NCBI GenBank assembly: GCA_030704615.1
Contig: CM060734.1
Span: 47,492,001 to 47,556,000, forward strand
Direction of reading: 5' to 3'
From: Takakia lepidozioides
Lineage: Eukaryota; Plantae; Bryophyta
Length of the DNA stretch: 64,000 nucleotides
Part shown: piece after piece, positions 39,768 to 52,289 of the stretch
Layout: each line of letters opens with the position of its first letter
Position numbering within the stretch: position 1 is the stretch's first letter
Made by a program: the position numbers and the translations under genes
Notes under the pieces: model-generated
Database searches by the model: none
What the model was told of the DNA's origin: nothing
Seen by the model: only the letters and a program-made list of their open reading frames with translations

Positions 39768-42700
39768 ATGATGGGGAAGTCAGCGTCGAGAAGGACAGGT
39801 GTGGTCCCAGCCACAGCCGCGGTCTCTACCGGTCTGCGTTTCACTTGCCCCTGCCTTGTCCATGGCTGTGAAAGTCTCGTGTTCATTGTAGGGGACGAAG
39901 CGCGGGAGAGCTTGTTGTCCTTTGAGACTTCAGTGTGCACCTCACGGAGCTCCATCTGCAGAAGTGAATTTAGGTTACATTCCAGCAATCTGCAAAGCTG
40001 AACTTGTCTCTTCAAAGGTCATTAGTTATTGTTCACCAGCGTGGATTTCATGCTTGGGTTTTCGAACAGTCTGAGGCCTTGTTCCTGGTGCAGTTAGAGA
40101 TGGTAACAGTCAGATTCTCAAGTCATAGATAGGCTTCAATTTTCGACATTAAGCCCTAATTTTTCTCTGCAACAACTTGTGGAAGGCCTGCTCTCAACTG
40201 GGAGAGGCATAACCATTCACCTGGAATATTCCTGTGATGGCTTGCCTGGCGCTTGGAGTATGCAATTCAAGGTTGGGGATGGATGCTTTCCTTGAAACCT
40301 TTGGAGGTGGTCTGAGTCCCCGATTGTTAGTGATTCCCAGTGCAACTTCCTCTACTCATTCCGTGACTGTGTTGGAATCATTGTCTCTGACCATGTAAGC
40401 ACAGGAAGTAAAGCTGCTCTAAAAGAACTGGAAAAGATTGACTCCCTTTTCAGTCAGTATTCTGATAAAACAGAGGAGTTTTCCATCGGGTTAGTGCCGG
40501 CCATGAATCCTGGATTGGAAATAATATTTGTCCTTGATGTTTAGTTGAGGTGGATGGCTTTGTTTGCTTTGTCCGTCTGCCGAGGAATTATGGGGCATAA
40601 TCTTATGTTTATGTTTGAGCATTCATGCATTTGAGATCATAATTTGATGCAGATAGAAGACCTCTAAATTGTATTAACCTCCGTCCTACACATGTATGTC
40701 AGTGGTGGCAGGAAGTCATCAGACTTTTGCAACTATTGCTGTCAGTGTCTATTTGTGGCTTTCAGCTACATGTCTTGACTTCTCTGCCCTCCAAATTCAT
40801 TGGATGTGAGAGTTATGTTCACTATTGTGGTGGTTTGCAGGCCTGAGGGAATTGAAGCACTGTGTCAAGATCTCGGGGTTGCGCCAACAGATGTCAGAAT
40901 TTTGCTATTTGCCTGGTATGTGCATTTGGAGAAATAATAAAGGGAAGTCTTAAACCTCTTAGTCAGTAGGATCATAGAGTGCAGATCCCACTGTATGAAT
41001 CACTGTTTGATAAGAGTGAAGCATGATACTGATGCCTGTATGTGTACCTGCTTCCCCGTCATCTGATGTATCTAAGATTTGTATGACAGGAAGTTGCAGG
41101 CAGCACGGCAGGGTTACTTTACTTTGGTTAGTGATTTGATTTCCACCTTTGTGCACATCTGCTCCTCAATAAACCTCCAGTTCATATCTAGTCAAGAGTG
41201 ACCTGGCATTTGAAGCTCTAGATTTCAGGGCTGAGCCAGTGTCTTACAAATCAATCCACTCTGTCAACACTTCCACTCTTTTCTTTCTTCCCCCGGATCT
41301 ACCTTGTCTCTACCCTCCTGGCCTCTAAACCCCTTCCCTCATCTTCTCTTGTGTTATGTGTAGCTTGTCTTTGTTGTCACATAAACAACACTGATTTTCA
41401 GTATCTGTAGACTGGCCTATCGCCTCTTTTTAGTTCTCAAATCAGTTGGTGCCCTGGCTGATTGTTTCAGGAGGAATGGCGAAAAGGATTAAGGATAATG
41501 CGAGTAGACAGTATTGACAAGCTCAAGAAGGCACTTCCAACACTACAGCAAGAGGTGCTGCGTTTCTACATGTTCAGAAATCTTATTTACTGATGAACTC
41601 AAAAATACAGGATGTAGGATGTCTCAAAACTTGCTGGAGGCCTCCAATGTGTGGTCTCCTAGGATGGGTGTTGCCAGTGCTTGCCTTTGAACACAGTGCC
41701 AGATGCATGTATTTTTACAGCACTAGGAGCAAGTACCAACTGTAAAGCATTATGGATAAAAGCATGCTGATGCGTGGTTCCTTCTGCAGAAACATGTAGT
41801 GCTTAATTGGTTCCTTCAAGTGGGGATTATTGACTTCCAACCGGGTGGTTTGTTTCAGGTGTCCAATCAATACTTGTTCAAGGATTTCTATACATTTGGG
41901 TTTCAGTACTGCTTGACAGGTAGAAGTTTCTAGACATCTGTTTTTTCTTGTGCTCAAAGTTACAGTTTTTTTGCGTAGCGAGGCTGTTGCTTTCATATTG
42001 GACACTGCATGTTGCTAAGACAGGTAACTGTGATTGACGATATGGCTGAGACTGCTCTGGGGCTGTTGTGCTTGCATCTCTCCTACTTTTGCCGTTGTGA
42101 TCTGTACTCCAATGTGTCAATGCTTCTGTAGAGTGGACTCGACATGTCACTTTTAAGGTTTTGTTTTTCAGAGCCTCGCCAGAAGACACTGGATTTGGAG
42201 ACTTCCTCTCAGATGCTTCAGTTGCTACTGGGATCTTGCCCACACGTGGCCTCTTTCCTTAAGTTCTTACAAGTACTGATTCAACGGCCCCCATCATGTA
42301 CACCTATGTTTTCACATGGTTTGCTATGGGCTTTTGTGCTTTGATGGGTTCAGTCAGACAACCTGCAGCAAGCTTCTTTCCTACTGTTTTCATCAATAAA
42401 ATAACAGATGTGCTGGGTGGTGGGAATGTCTGGTGCTGCAGGAGCAAACAGAGTACAAAGCAATGAATCTGGACCAATGGACAAACTTTCTGCGGTTCTG
42501 TGAGGAGGTAAATTTGCTCTTACCAACCTACATACTCCAATTTCTTGTCCTGGTAGCCTATAACAGTGACATGTAGCATGTATGGTCAATATAGCTTGGA
42601 TTAGTTTTTCTTTAACATCCATTGTGTGCTAGCCATTTCATCCCGAGTCCCTATAAATAACCTCGAAATCTGGAATTAGAATAATAATACCCAAAAACTA

Positions 42701-42909
42701 GCATCGTATGTTGTTGTTGTTTTTAAAATAGCTGAGGTGGTTGGAGCCAAGGACTGGAAATCCTTGTGTTAGAGGTTCGCCACTCAGTTGGTGATTGATG
42801 TGTGGTGCTCCATGTGCAGATCAAATCTGATCTCAGCAACTACGATGAAAGTCAAGCATGGCCTTTGCTTCTGGACAATTATGTGGAGTGGGCTAGGAAA
42901 TGCTCATGA
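39768..42909 (+). CDS. DCN1-like protein (DCUN1D4/5-type, cullin neddylation), 9 exons
   Basis: MMGKSASRRTG.. / SKAALKELEKIDSLF / GPEGIEALCQDLGVAPTDVRILLFAW / KLQAARQGYFTL / EEWRKGLRIMRVDSIDKLKKAL / FKDFYTFGFQYC / QKTLDLET / YKAMNLDQWTNFLRF / NYDESQAWPLLLDNYVEW; stop TGA 42907-42909. Confidence 0.92.
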
Positions 42910-44178
42910 CCTCCACCCACAGCTATTTCTGGTCCCTGTAGAAGTGAAAGGATATTGAGGAGTAGTCGAGTTGCTGATCTTAACCCCAAGTCGGAGGGTC
43001 AGTGCTCCAGTATGGTAGTTTTTCGTAGGAAGCAAACAGGCACACATATTTGGGTGGAGCACATTTGTTTGAGACCTTGGCGGTTGACACCAAGGTCGTA
43101 CTCGGAGGCTGAAAATACATCTTTTGGTAGTGGCAATCGTCTTCCACATGAAATGGTTTTACCTTGTTTGTGCGTTGCTGCTGTAGCATGTCAGCATACT
43201 ATTTGCAGGCACACATTGTTACGGAAAAAGCTGAGTAGTGGGCTGTAAGGAGGCCCTTACCTGTCAAATTCTTTTGTGATGGTCATTGCCTCTAGATTGG
43301 TGCGCATGCCTACTGCATACACCCACACTCACAAATACAAACGAAATTTGGATGCTTCTGGTTTTGATGCTTACTAGTGATTCTCTACAACCAACAGTCA
43401 AACTATCATCATGGATACTCTAAGTAGCTCCAAGGAGTCACAGAAGTATCACACCCAACCAACAAAATCAAGCTCAATTTCTTCCGAGGAAACGAAGGCA
43501 CTGGCACTGGAACTACTTCCCTGGAGGTAATCTCTTTGGATGGACAGAGGCAGATAGACGTGAGCAGAGGAGGATGTAAGAGGGACTGATGAGACCGGCC
43601 ACATGCAGGTGGCTCGTTGTGCTGTTCAGGACGGAAGGCATCGGCAGAGGAGGCACCTACGCTCTTCCATGCCAGCATTGCGAGGGGCAGCTGCAGGATT
43701 GTGGTGGGAAACATTGGTGAGTGCCTGAATCTGCTTACAAATCTCAACTGTTTCTGCACGGGGGACCTTGCTTGCTTGGGCTGTCTAGAAATTGGGAATG
43801 GATAGTGGGACAGTTTGGTTTACCTGCTCTCGTTTGAGGGCTGTACAGCGATGGGGTTGCAATTTTCCTTCAATTTGGTGTGTTGCTTTCACCATGGGTT
43901 GACAGGCTGACCTGTCACCCTCCAGACGATGGGACATGGCCTTTGCGCCTAGTGGTCTTGGTGCCATTAAGAAGTATGATGAAGCCCAGCTGAGTGACAC
44001 AAAACTGGAAACTTGCCTGAGTCGGATTGGTTTGTAAAACCTTGGGATTTTATGGGCTGACATTTCTTCGGACACCACCTGGCTGGCCTCTCAAGGCATT
44101 GAGGTTTGGCACGGATCAAGGTCGCCTGTTTGTTGCATTACAGATGACGGGGTGAGGGAGGGCGGCAGGACACTAGAG

Positions 44179-46945
44179 ATGGCGCGGCGCGTAGGCATGC
44201 TGCCTCTCAGGCGCACAGCCTCTGTTGGACCTTTTAGCCCCACCTCGTCTAAGTCGCATTCCTCCCCTGCGCTCTCCTTGTGCCTGCTTTTTACGGTCAG
44301 GCTTCCGCTCTGTTCCAACAGCTATTGGGTTTTAGAGAGAAATTGTGATGATGGTAGAGAAGGATTTCTGCGGCCACACAGAGTGATGGATGGACTGTGC
44401 ACAAAAGAGAGCTGCAGTGACTTTGCGACGTCTTGTGCTTTTTGGGCGTCGTTGGACTGCGGATGCATCACTGCCACTTTGTTTGCATTGCTGTGCTTGA
44501 AGCAGATAGTCGTTTGTTAATTTTGCAACGTTTCTTGGATGGAAAACAGGGTGTTATCCTGCTGATTGGCTTAGCCTACGGAAATTCAGGTAACTCCGTG
44601 CCTCCTGTGCCTCTTAAAACTTGAAAGTAATCCACCAGATGGATGACTACAAATAGTCCGCTTGTGTGATATGTAGGGCACAATATGGGTTGTGTCCGAG
44701 CATGATAGCAAAGTGCAATAACCTCATCATGTATGAGCTCGCCATTTGAATCACATGTATAAGCAGCTGCCCATCTTCTTCAGGGGTTTCTTACAGCAGT
44801 AGCACAAGGATGCTGCAGAGTTTAGGGTCCGATTTTGTGCACCCATGCAGAGTTTCTGAGTGCAACATTTAAGTAGTAGGTTTAATCTGCGGCTGTAAAT
44901 ATATAATTGAGGAGCTGTCAGTCCTGCTGTCTCATTTGTCATGAATGGGAGACAGACAGACACAGACAAAGATCTGATAATCGTATTGGTGTGACCTTTG
45001 TGAAGTGTTTCGCGACACACGTGAAAAAGACGCCAAAGGCGACAAGGATGCATGGTCACAGGAGCATATCTCAACTGATGAAGGAACCGATGACTTTGCC
45101 ATGCCTCTTACCACTTGGGATGGTGTGCATTGAACCCCTGGCTGTCTAATAGAACGTATTAGAAAATTTGATGCATTGAGATATGGGCGTAAGTCTGTAT
45201 AGCTTGCCAGTATATCTCTTTTTGGCGTTGTGGCAGTCTGTATAACTCTTCAAAAGCCTGCTCATTTACAATATGTCTGTTTTGGCAATTGCTTTCACTT
45301 TTGAGTCCTCCACTCTGCTCATCACGTACAGGTAATGGAGACCATACCACATTTTGTGGATAAGTGTTGTTAATGTGCTGCTAATAAGAGTTATTTAGTA
45401 ATGTTGATTGTTGCAGAGCATTACAAATTGACCAAACAGGTCAAGGCGTTACTTGCTTAGTGAAAGTCACCAAATGTTGATCAATCACAACTCCATCAAT
45501 TTACCAGGTCTCTCCGAAAGCATGGTTCTCTGGTGTGCAGTCAGGCACGAGAATGTCTCGTTTCCTGATTCTTGAGGTAGAGCGAGTGCTAGAGGTGCTA
45601 GGGATTGAAAGGAGCTGTACCGAATCCATGTAAGTACAGCTTTAGGTTTTAGGACTGTTTGTTCTAATAGGTATTGTGCCACAATACCTTGAGATACAAA
45701 TGAGAAGTGAAGGGTATGCTGCAAGAAGAGCTCTGTATTACCACTGTGGCTGTCTCAGTCCCTTGTCCTTGCTGTCCCTCTCGTTAATTTCATATGTAAG
45801 CCTCCGATGTTGGTTGCCAAGCTCAAATACCATGTGTATGGTTCAGGGAATCGAGGTTCATCACGACCCGAGTGTGGAGCGGGAGTTTGTGGTGCCATTC
45901 CCATATTGCGGGACATATATAGCAAGACAATGCATCGCATGCTGCATGTCGGTCCTGGCACATGTGGCATTGTCTCCAGCTTGCGCAAGGAAGAAGGCAC
46001 TCAAGTGTGGGGCATCCAGCCATTCGAGATGAAGGCGCCAGTCCACAAATCATGCCAAAACTTTGTTCACAAAGGAATCATTCGTGTGGTAGATGTGACT
46101 GGGCCCCTTCCTTACAGATCGCGCTCATTCTCGTTCGTTCTAGTAACAGACATATTGGACCTGATGAAAGGGCGGGACCTGAACGGAACACTGCCTGAGA
46201 TTGCACGCTTATCTGCACAAAATATTGTCGTGGTTGTAGGTGAAGCCATCAACTCTACCTTGTCCTGGTAATGTTACGAGATTTAATTGTTTGATGCATC
46301 CCATGCTCATGCCTTGTTAGACACTTTGACAGAACTAGAAGGCCAATGCTATTTGTGCTATTGAATAGAGGACTCAAGTAACACAATCAGCAAACTGTTG
46401 GTGTATATGTCCACCAAAATATCTGGTAGTGCTTGCAATCAATTCAAGGACAGCCAGTTTCTGATCTATGTAATATGGTCTGTATTGCCCTACTGTCCCA
46501 TCAAGTGCAGAGGATGATAGTGTGGCTGGGTGATTGAAGTATGTAACTTCAACCTGTGTTATGGCAGGCAAGCATAGTTTGCGGCCTATTGAAAATAAGT
46601 TGCAGGCTGGCAAGCTCTCAAAGTCTGTAAGTGCTAATTTAATTTGCTGTGATACCTGCCTTCATTTTGAGAAGTTCTACTATTTAGTTTGCTACACTCA
46701 AATAACCTGTGTTGGCGCATATGAACATAGACAGTAATCCTGCTATAAATTATGGTGGAGGTGATATAAAAGGGTGGGTGCAGTCAAAACCACGCAGTCG
46801 TGCTTGGTGGATTCGGCGCTTTGCATTAGCGGGACTGAAGGAGGATGACGATATGAGCAAGCGCTTTGAGATTGCCCAGCAGGAGAAGTCCTACAAGCCC
46901 ACCTCCTACATCTTCCATCTGAGAGTTACTCATTCAATTGCCAGG

Positions 46946-46993
<48 letters not shown>

Positions 46994-47152
46994 GAGGATA
47001 TCTGGAAAACCCGAATCAATTCTATTTTTTATAAAGGTAAGGCTTACTACCAATGTCAGCCCCTGACAGAGGTAGGTTCTGTCCCTTTGGTTTCCGCTCA
47101 AACTGGGCGCGGGGTCAATGGCCACAAGGCTACGGCAAACAACGTCTTATGA
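44179..47152 (+). CDS. CGR2/CGR3-type Golgi pectin methyltransferase; 3' end uncertain
   Basis: Exons 44179-44296 (SKSHSSPALSLCL), 44550-44589 (GVILLIGLAYG, TM anchor), 45848-46239 (AIPILRDIYSKTMHRMLHVGPGTC, PLPYRSRSFSFVLV), 46568-46626, 46784 onward (RSRAWWIRRF, YKPTSYIFHL). Either splices at 46945 or reads through to TGA at 47152. Confidence 0.88.
46948..46992. repeat. (CT)n microsatellite, about 22 units
   Basis: Read directly from sequence. Confidence 0.97.
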
Positions 47153-47490
47153 GTACATTCTCTCTCTCTCTCTCTCTGATGAAAGCCATGTCTGATGCCC
47201 AAAAGACTGTGATGAAAATGAAGTTAGGCTTCAAGAACATTGTTCCTGCACCCCTGTTCACCAACTTCAAAAATCTTGAGGCTGAGCCTAAAGCCCTGGG
47301 CATGTTGGGGTCTCTGGGCAGCTCACATAGCTTGTGTGAAGGGCTTTCTAGAGGATATCTGGAAAGCCCGAACTGATTGTCTATCCCATGGTAAATCCCA
47401 CTACCGCAGTGAGCCCCTCACAAAGGTAGTGTTTGGGGTCTATGGCCACAAGGCTACGGCAAACAACGCCTTATGAGTACAGCTCTCCTC
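46992..47490 (+). mobile_element. Two tandem LINE 3' ends (copies 5 and 6) following (CT)n
   Basis: 46992-47177 and 47236-47490 both contain CTAGAGGATATCTGGAAA...GGCCACAAGGCTACGGCAAACAACG-CTTATGAGTACA followed by CT repeats. Confidence 0.85.
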
Positions 47491-49267
47491 TGGCCAGTGT
47501 AAACCCTGTACCTGTGTTGAGGAGGCGATGGAACCTCTTCAACATTGCAATAGTTCAGTCTGTCTTCTGGATGTCGACATCCATCTTTATCTCTCTTTCC
47601 TCATAACTTCTAAGTGGGTTTTCACGTGAACCCTCAATCCACAGATGTGTTACAAAGTCTCTCGTCCAGGATGCATTCTTAGAGAAGTGGGACAGGACAT
47701 ATTCATATATTTCAAAGAACAATTCAATGAAAACAGCTCAAACCAATTTTTGCCCATTGGGAATTGCACCAATGGTGCACCAGAGCAAATGACCAGGCAA
47801 TGTTTCTGGATGTCCTCAAGCCATAGGAGGCATTTGAGAATGAAGCCTATGCCTGTGTACAGATTTGCACGAGATAGATACTACATAGCTAGTTACTGAT
47901 GTCAATGCAAGCACCATTGTGAGAGTGTGTTGTATCTGCATGTTATGGATTCACCAGCATGACCAGTTACAACTCCAACATTATAGGTACATTATTGGCA
48001 TTGCTCAAGAGATTGTGTCACGTATGCCTCAAAGTGAAAGGAGATGATGGTCAGGGCCTTGATGAAACTAAAGAAACGAAATTCCTGTGGGTTGACTTTT
48101 GTGAAAACCAGGTAGAAGCAGCCTTACAGCTGGGCCTTGTGACAGACATAGCGATTTTTTATCGAATCAAATATTCCAGCTGAATCAGCTGACAGACAGA
48201 GAGACCAACTGGTACATTGTCCATTCTGGTATAGAGCACTAGCAGACATAACAATTATAATGTGAGGACATTTCTGGCGAGACACCTTAGGATCCAGAAG
48301 ATTCTGCTGGCAGATGTCAGAGCTTCATTTGCAAGTATGCCCGATTTTTTCAAGAGCACTGAATGGAACCTTTTGAACCTAATTATGGGGATGGAGGGGA
48401 ATATATTTGAAGTTGACCATATGGAGGGTATGCTTAATTGAACAAGTTGCACGGAGGATTGTATGTACAATTTGGCAAACAGGGTGCAGCCTGACAAACT
48501 ATGTCAGATCATAAATTAGATGGGCAACAAGTTCAAGAATTTTGAAGAAGTATCGATGCTCTACGCAACAGTGGAGAACAACATGAGAGGGCAATCAGGA
48601 TGGTATACTAGGGAGATTGAGAAATTTATAATAATTCGGGGATGGATGAAGTGCGTCATCTTTCCAGTGAAATAGTGGCGACAAGTGTTCAAAGCTCTGG
48701 CTGTGTTCCACCCATGCATGATCTCTCAAGCTAGCTGTATGGCATCAATCAGATTGGCCAATCCAGCAAGCTGTGCATGAATGAAGCCCATGCTACACTA
48801 CAATTCATATGAGCCACCTTTGGAAAAATCTTCTGCAAAAGAAGTAGCAACAGTTGATCTTACCATTCTTCTTGGACACCTCACCTACTTTGGCACGACT
48901 TGGCAAGGGATGTGGAGCATCACATTCTAGCACCACCCAAACATGTTGCAAGTAATATGCGGGATACCTTCACTGGAATCTGCACCAATCCACACAGTCA
49001 TCACGATTCAACAAGTTACAATAAGAATTGGCCCAGATGAGAAGTTAAAGTAGTCCTCCTAGGTACAACATAGCATATTCCTGTTTGGAGCATCATACAG
49101 TGCAGTATATTGCATCATAACTAAAGGCCAAGGAATTGCAGTGCGGAAAACTCTCCACACCTGTGTGAATGATAATAACCCCACGGAATTGATGGCACTG
49201 CACCTGGAGCATGTGATTTCACAATCTCCCCAACAGGAATAGGAAGGAAATGTGTTCGCTGAAACCT

Positions 49268-51349
49268 CTAGCCATCAGATACTCCAGTGTGGATTTCCTC
49301 ACAGTTTGGAGCCATTCGCTGGACTGAATGGCCAAGCAAGTCATGGAGCAAAATACCTGCTGCAACGCTCACGTTCAGACTATCAACTGCTACAGGTCCT
49401 AATACAGCCTGTATTTCTGCACCCTTCATTGGTATCTCAGGCTCAAAAGGACCTCTGTCATTAACTTTCTTAATTTCCTCTGATGGCAACCTTCCATTAG
49501 GACAGCCTTGTACTACCTGATTCGAGACTAAACCAGTGATGCAGACCAGCTCACTGCAAGATCTCTTCACCATTTTTCTCAATCCTCTGCCTTCATTACC
49601 CAGCACTAAGATAGTGGGCAACCCTGGAGAGAGATCTCGAACTGCCACTGACTGCGGCTCATTGGAAGCCCCCACAGCCCGCCATCCATTTTCCACCGAC
49701 ATGTCAATAAACTTAACCATGTTCCGGCACGACCGCACCTCCATCACTTCTAAGGCACCTGCACTTGCCTTACTCACCACCCCGCTCAGTGGTGCTGAGT
49801 TTTTAGCACACACAACCACCCCAGTAGCCCCTAAAAAGTAAGCTGAACGAAGAATAGCCCCAAAGTTTTGTGGATCCATGACTTCATCCAGGGCCAACCA
49901 AACAGGCGTTTCACCTTCTTGACCAAAGGGAGTGTCAAGATTTTCTAAAGGAACCAATTCTAAGGGAGACGCATCCAAAACCAGCCCTTGGTGAGGTCGA
50001 TTGTCCACAAGCAGATTAAGGTCATGTTTGGACGCCTCTTTCACCCTCAGCCCTGAGGACTTTGCATTGTTCAGCACCCACATAACAGCTGGCTTATCCT
50101 TCCTTTTCCCACTTTCAATTTTCTCTACCACATTCTCCTGAACATACAGCGTGTAAAACTTCCGCCTACATGCCATCAGTGCAGCTCGGATAGGCCCCAC
50201 CCCATACACTGGCTCCCCTTCCAACCTCCAGTTCACAGTTCGTTCAGATTCCCTTCCCCACTCTTTTTCTGGCAGCCTATCCCAATCTTCGTGGACATCA
50301 TCTACTTCTTCTCCCTCATCATCACTCTCCACCCACCTCTCGCCACCTCCACTCCTATCCAAGAGATTGACATTGGCGCCTCTGCGTGCGGTCCTGTAGC
50401 CATTGCCTCCTCTACTCAAGACATTGTCACCTCGGCGATCACTCCGGTACCCAATATGGCCTCCTCGGTATTGTTGCGGCTGGTTCTCATCCCATGCTCT
50501 GCTGGTTTTCCTTTCTGAAAAACGAGTATCAGCACTGCGAGGACCCCCTTCCTCACCGCCTCTGCTGGCTGAAGTACCCCTAGTGCCAAATTTGCTTCGA
50601 CCTGTGCCCAAATAGTCCCGCTCCTTGTTGGCAGGAACCAAATTTTTCTCGACATCCGCGCCTGAACGCCTGACCCTAGAGAAGCCGCTCCCAGGTGAAC
50701 TGCCCTCTCTCTGCAGCTTACCTGTTACATCCCCTCCCCTACCCTCTATATTCAGCTCGTCCCATTCCCTCCCAGCCCGCCTCACATTCTCATCGGCCTC
50801 CCTTCTACCTTCTCGAAATCCAGCCTCTCTGTTAGTAAATTTCCCTCCATTTGTCTGAGTGCCATCCCAGGAGGCTATAACATTATTCTCCTTACGGTTG
50901 GATGCACTCCGGATGCTGGGCTTCAGCGAGTCAGAAGCATGTGCCCCCTTGTCAGTATTCCAAGTATTGACCCTACTCGTGGTAACATTAGCTTTTGATA
51001 AACGACCAAGTCTCCCAGTTGATTCAGCTCCTTCAGCAGAGGCATCCATCTGTTCAACTCCACCACTTGAAGAAGGACTTTTGCCGTCAAAAAACACATC
51101 AGCAGCCTCATCCCACACTGTACTTCCTCTCCCCCGTTCCAGAGGGTAAGCCAAAGATCTGTATCCATACCTTGAAGGTCTTTCAGCAAAACCAGATGCA
51201 TTTTTCGTGGTCAACAACAAAGCACCCAAGTTCAATCTAGAGCTCCAAATGGGCCTGAGCATGGTGTAGAGGAAGGTAGGATGGCAATCCTTCCGGTTCA
51301 GCAAACGATCAGATAGTCGAGTGAAGGGGCAGATCCGAGGAGAAGCCAT
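49268..51349 (-). CDS. MRM1: SpoU/TrmH-family rRNA 2'-O-methyltransferase (MRM1/RlmB-like), organellar, intronless
   Basis: About 690 aa ORF with RPHQGLVL, LALDEVMDPQNFGAILRSAYFLG, VVSKASAGALE, LVLGNEGRGL and DSLNVSVAAGILL (SPOUT motifs). Long Arg/Gly/Ser-rich N-terminal extension. First in-frame ATG at 51349. Confidence 0.92.
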   Translation of the reverse strand: MASPRICPFTRLSDRLLNRKDCHPTFLYTMLRPIWSSRLNLGALLLTTKNASGFAERPSRYGYRSLAYPLERGRGSTVWDEAADVFFDGKSPSSSGGVEQMDASAEGAESTGRLGRLSKANVTTSRVNTWNTDKGAHASDSLKPSIRSASNRKENNVIASWDGTQTNGGKFTNREAGFREGRREADENVRRAGREWDELNIEGRGGDVTGKLQREGSSPGSGFSRVRRSGADVEKNLVPANKERDYLGTGRSKFGTRGTSASRGGEEGGPRSADTRFSERKTSRAWDENQPQQYRGGHIGYRSDRRGDNVLSRGGNGYRTARRGANVNLLDRSGGGERWVESDDEGEEVDDVHEDWDRLPEKEWGRESERTVNWRLEGEPVYGVGPIRAALMACRRKFYTLYVQENVVEKIESGKRKDKPAVMWVLNNAKSSGLRVKEASKHDLNLLVDNRPHQGLVLDASPLELVPLENLDTPFGQEGETPVWLALDEVMDPQNFGAILRSAYFLGATGVVVCAKNSAPLSGVVSKASAGALEVMEVRSCRNMVKFIDMSVENGWRAVGASNEPQSVAVRDLSPGLPTILVLGNEGRGLRKMVKRSCSELVCITGLVSNQVVQGCPNGRLPSEEIKKVNDRGPFEPEIPMKGAEIQAVLGPVAVDSLNVSVAAGILLHDLLGHSVQRMAPNCEEIHTGVSDG

Positions 51350-51410
51350 GGATGCAGGCAGGCAGCCCACCTCCCGAGTGTGCCATGTTATTGTCCTTCT
51401 TCTAACCCCT

Positions 51411-51419
51411 AAACCCTAA
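51411..51419. promoter_or_regulatory. Telo-box (AAACCCTAA) upstream of the rRNA methyltransferase
   Basis: CTAACCCCTAAACCCTAAA about 60 bp upstream of the ATG; telo-boxes are typical of plant ribosome-biogenesis genes. Confidence 0.55.
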
Positions 51420-51530
51420 ATTCAGTGATTTTTATTTTTATTTTTTTAAGAACAGGGGACGGAGGCTGTGATGCATGATTCCGGCGCCAGGGGATTATTC
51501 CCCTTCCTCTCCCGGTTTTAGCGTTGTCAG

Positions 51531-52031
51531 TTGTCAAGGGGAATGTAGTTGGCAGAGGAGCCTGGCTAAGAAGACGGAATCTCACGAAGAGGACACAACT
51601 GAATCACACATCCGCACAATGTTCATACAGCACTCAAGCACGCCGCCTCACACAATACGCACACACATCAGATAAAAACCACCACCCTTAGTGCCACGGC
51701 AGAGGGGTTTAAATAGTATTAGGGCATAATCTAATCCTAGCGCCACGCGGCACATACATATAGGCTTTCCAGATGTCATTCCAGCCTGACCATAGAAGAG
51801 GCCACATCATCCAGTTCCATCCTAATCTGATCCTAAACTAGCTATTAGAATAAGACAGCATATAATAAAGCCTTAAGCTGTTGCCAGCTCATCCTCATGC
51901 ATTAGGTAGAAGTTCATCCAGACTACATCCTAACTCCGTCCATCCCTTTTACATCACACGTTCATCTTCCCATCATCCATCCTTCATTCATCTAAGGCGA
52001 AAAAATAGGTGAGGGGAATCCCATCTTCACA
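51531..52031 (-). mobile_element. Probable 3' LTR of the Gypsy element
   Basis: Minus strand TGTGAAG...TATTTAAACCCC (TATA-like)...CCCCTTGACA with TG..CA ends, lying downstream of the integrase C-terminus. No clear PPT and no second LTR in the window. Confidence 0.5.
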
Positions 52032-52289
52032 TATGTGATGCATGTCAGGGCCACTATGAGCTTTGAGCTCCTGCGAACTAAGATCACAGGGAAAACGAAG
52101 AAAGATCTAGCCTAAACAAAATTACACACCCGAAGCAAGAGGGATGGAAAAACCTAGGGAAGAAAACCTCATCCTGCAAACTGGGTGGAGGACAAAACAT
52201 CCCATAGGAAAAACTCCAATTGCTACAAATGGTACAGAAAATTGTCACGAAATACAAAACTACTCTAAAGTGTCAACTGTAAACATCAC

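Noticed and set aside
47640-48700. Coding-like stretch downstream of MRM1
   Set aside because: Stops in all frames and no identifiable homology.
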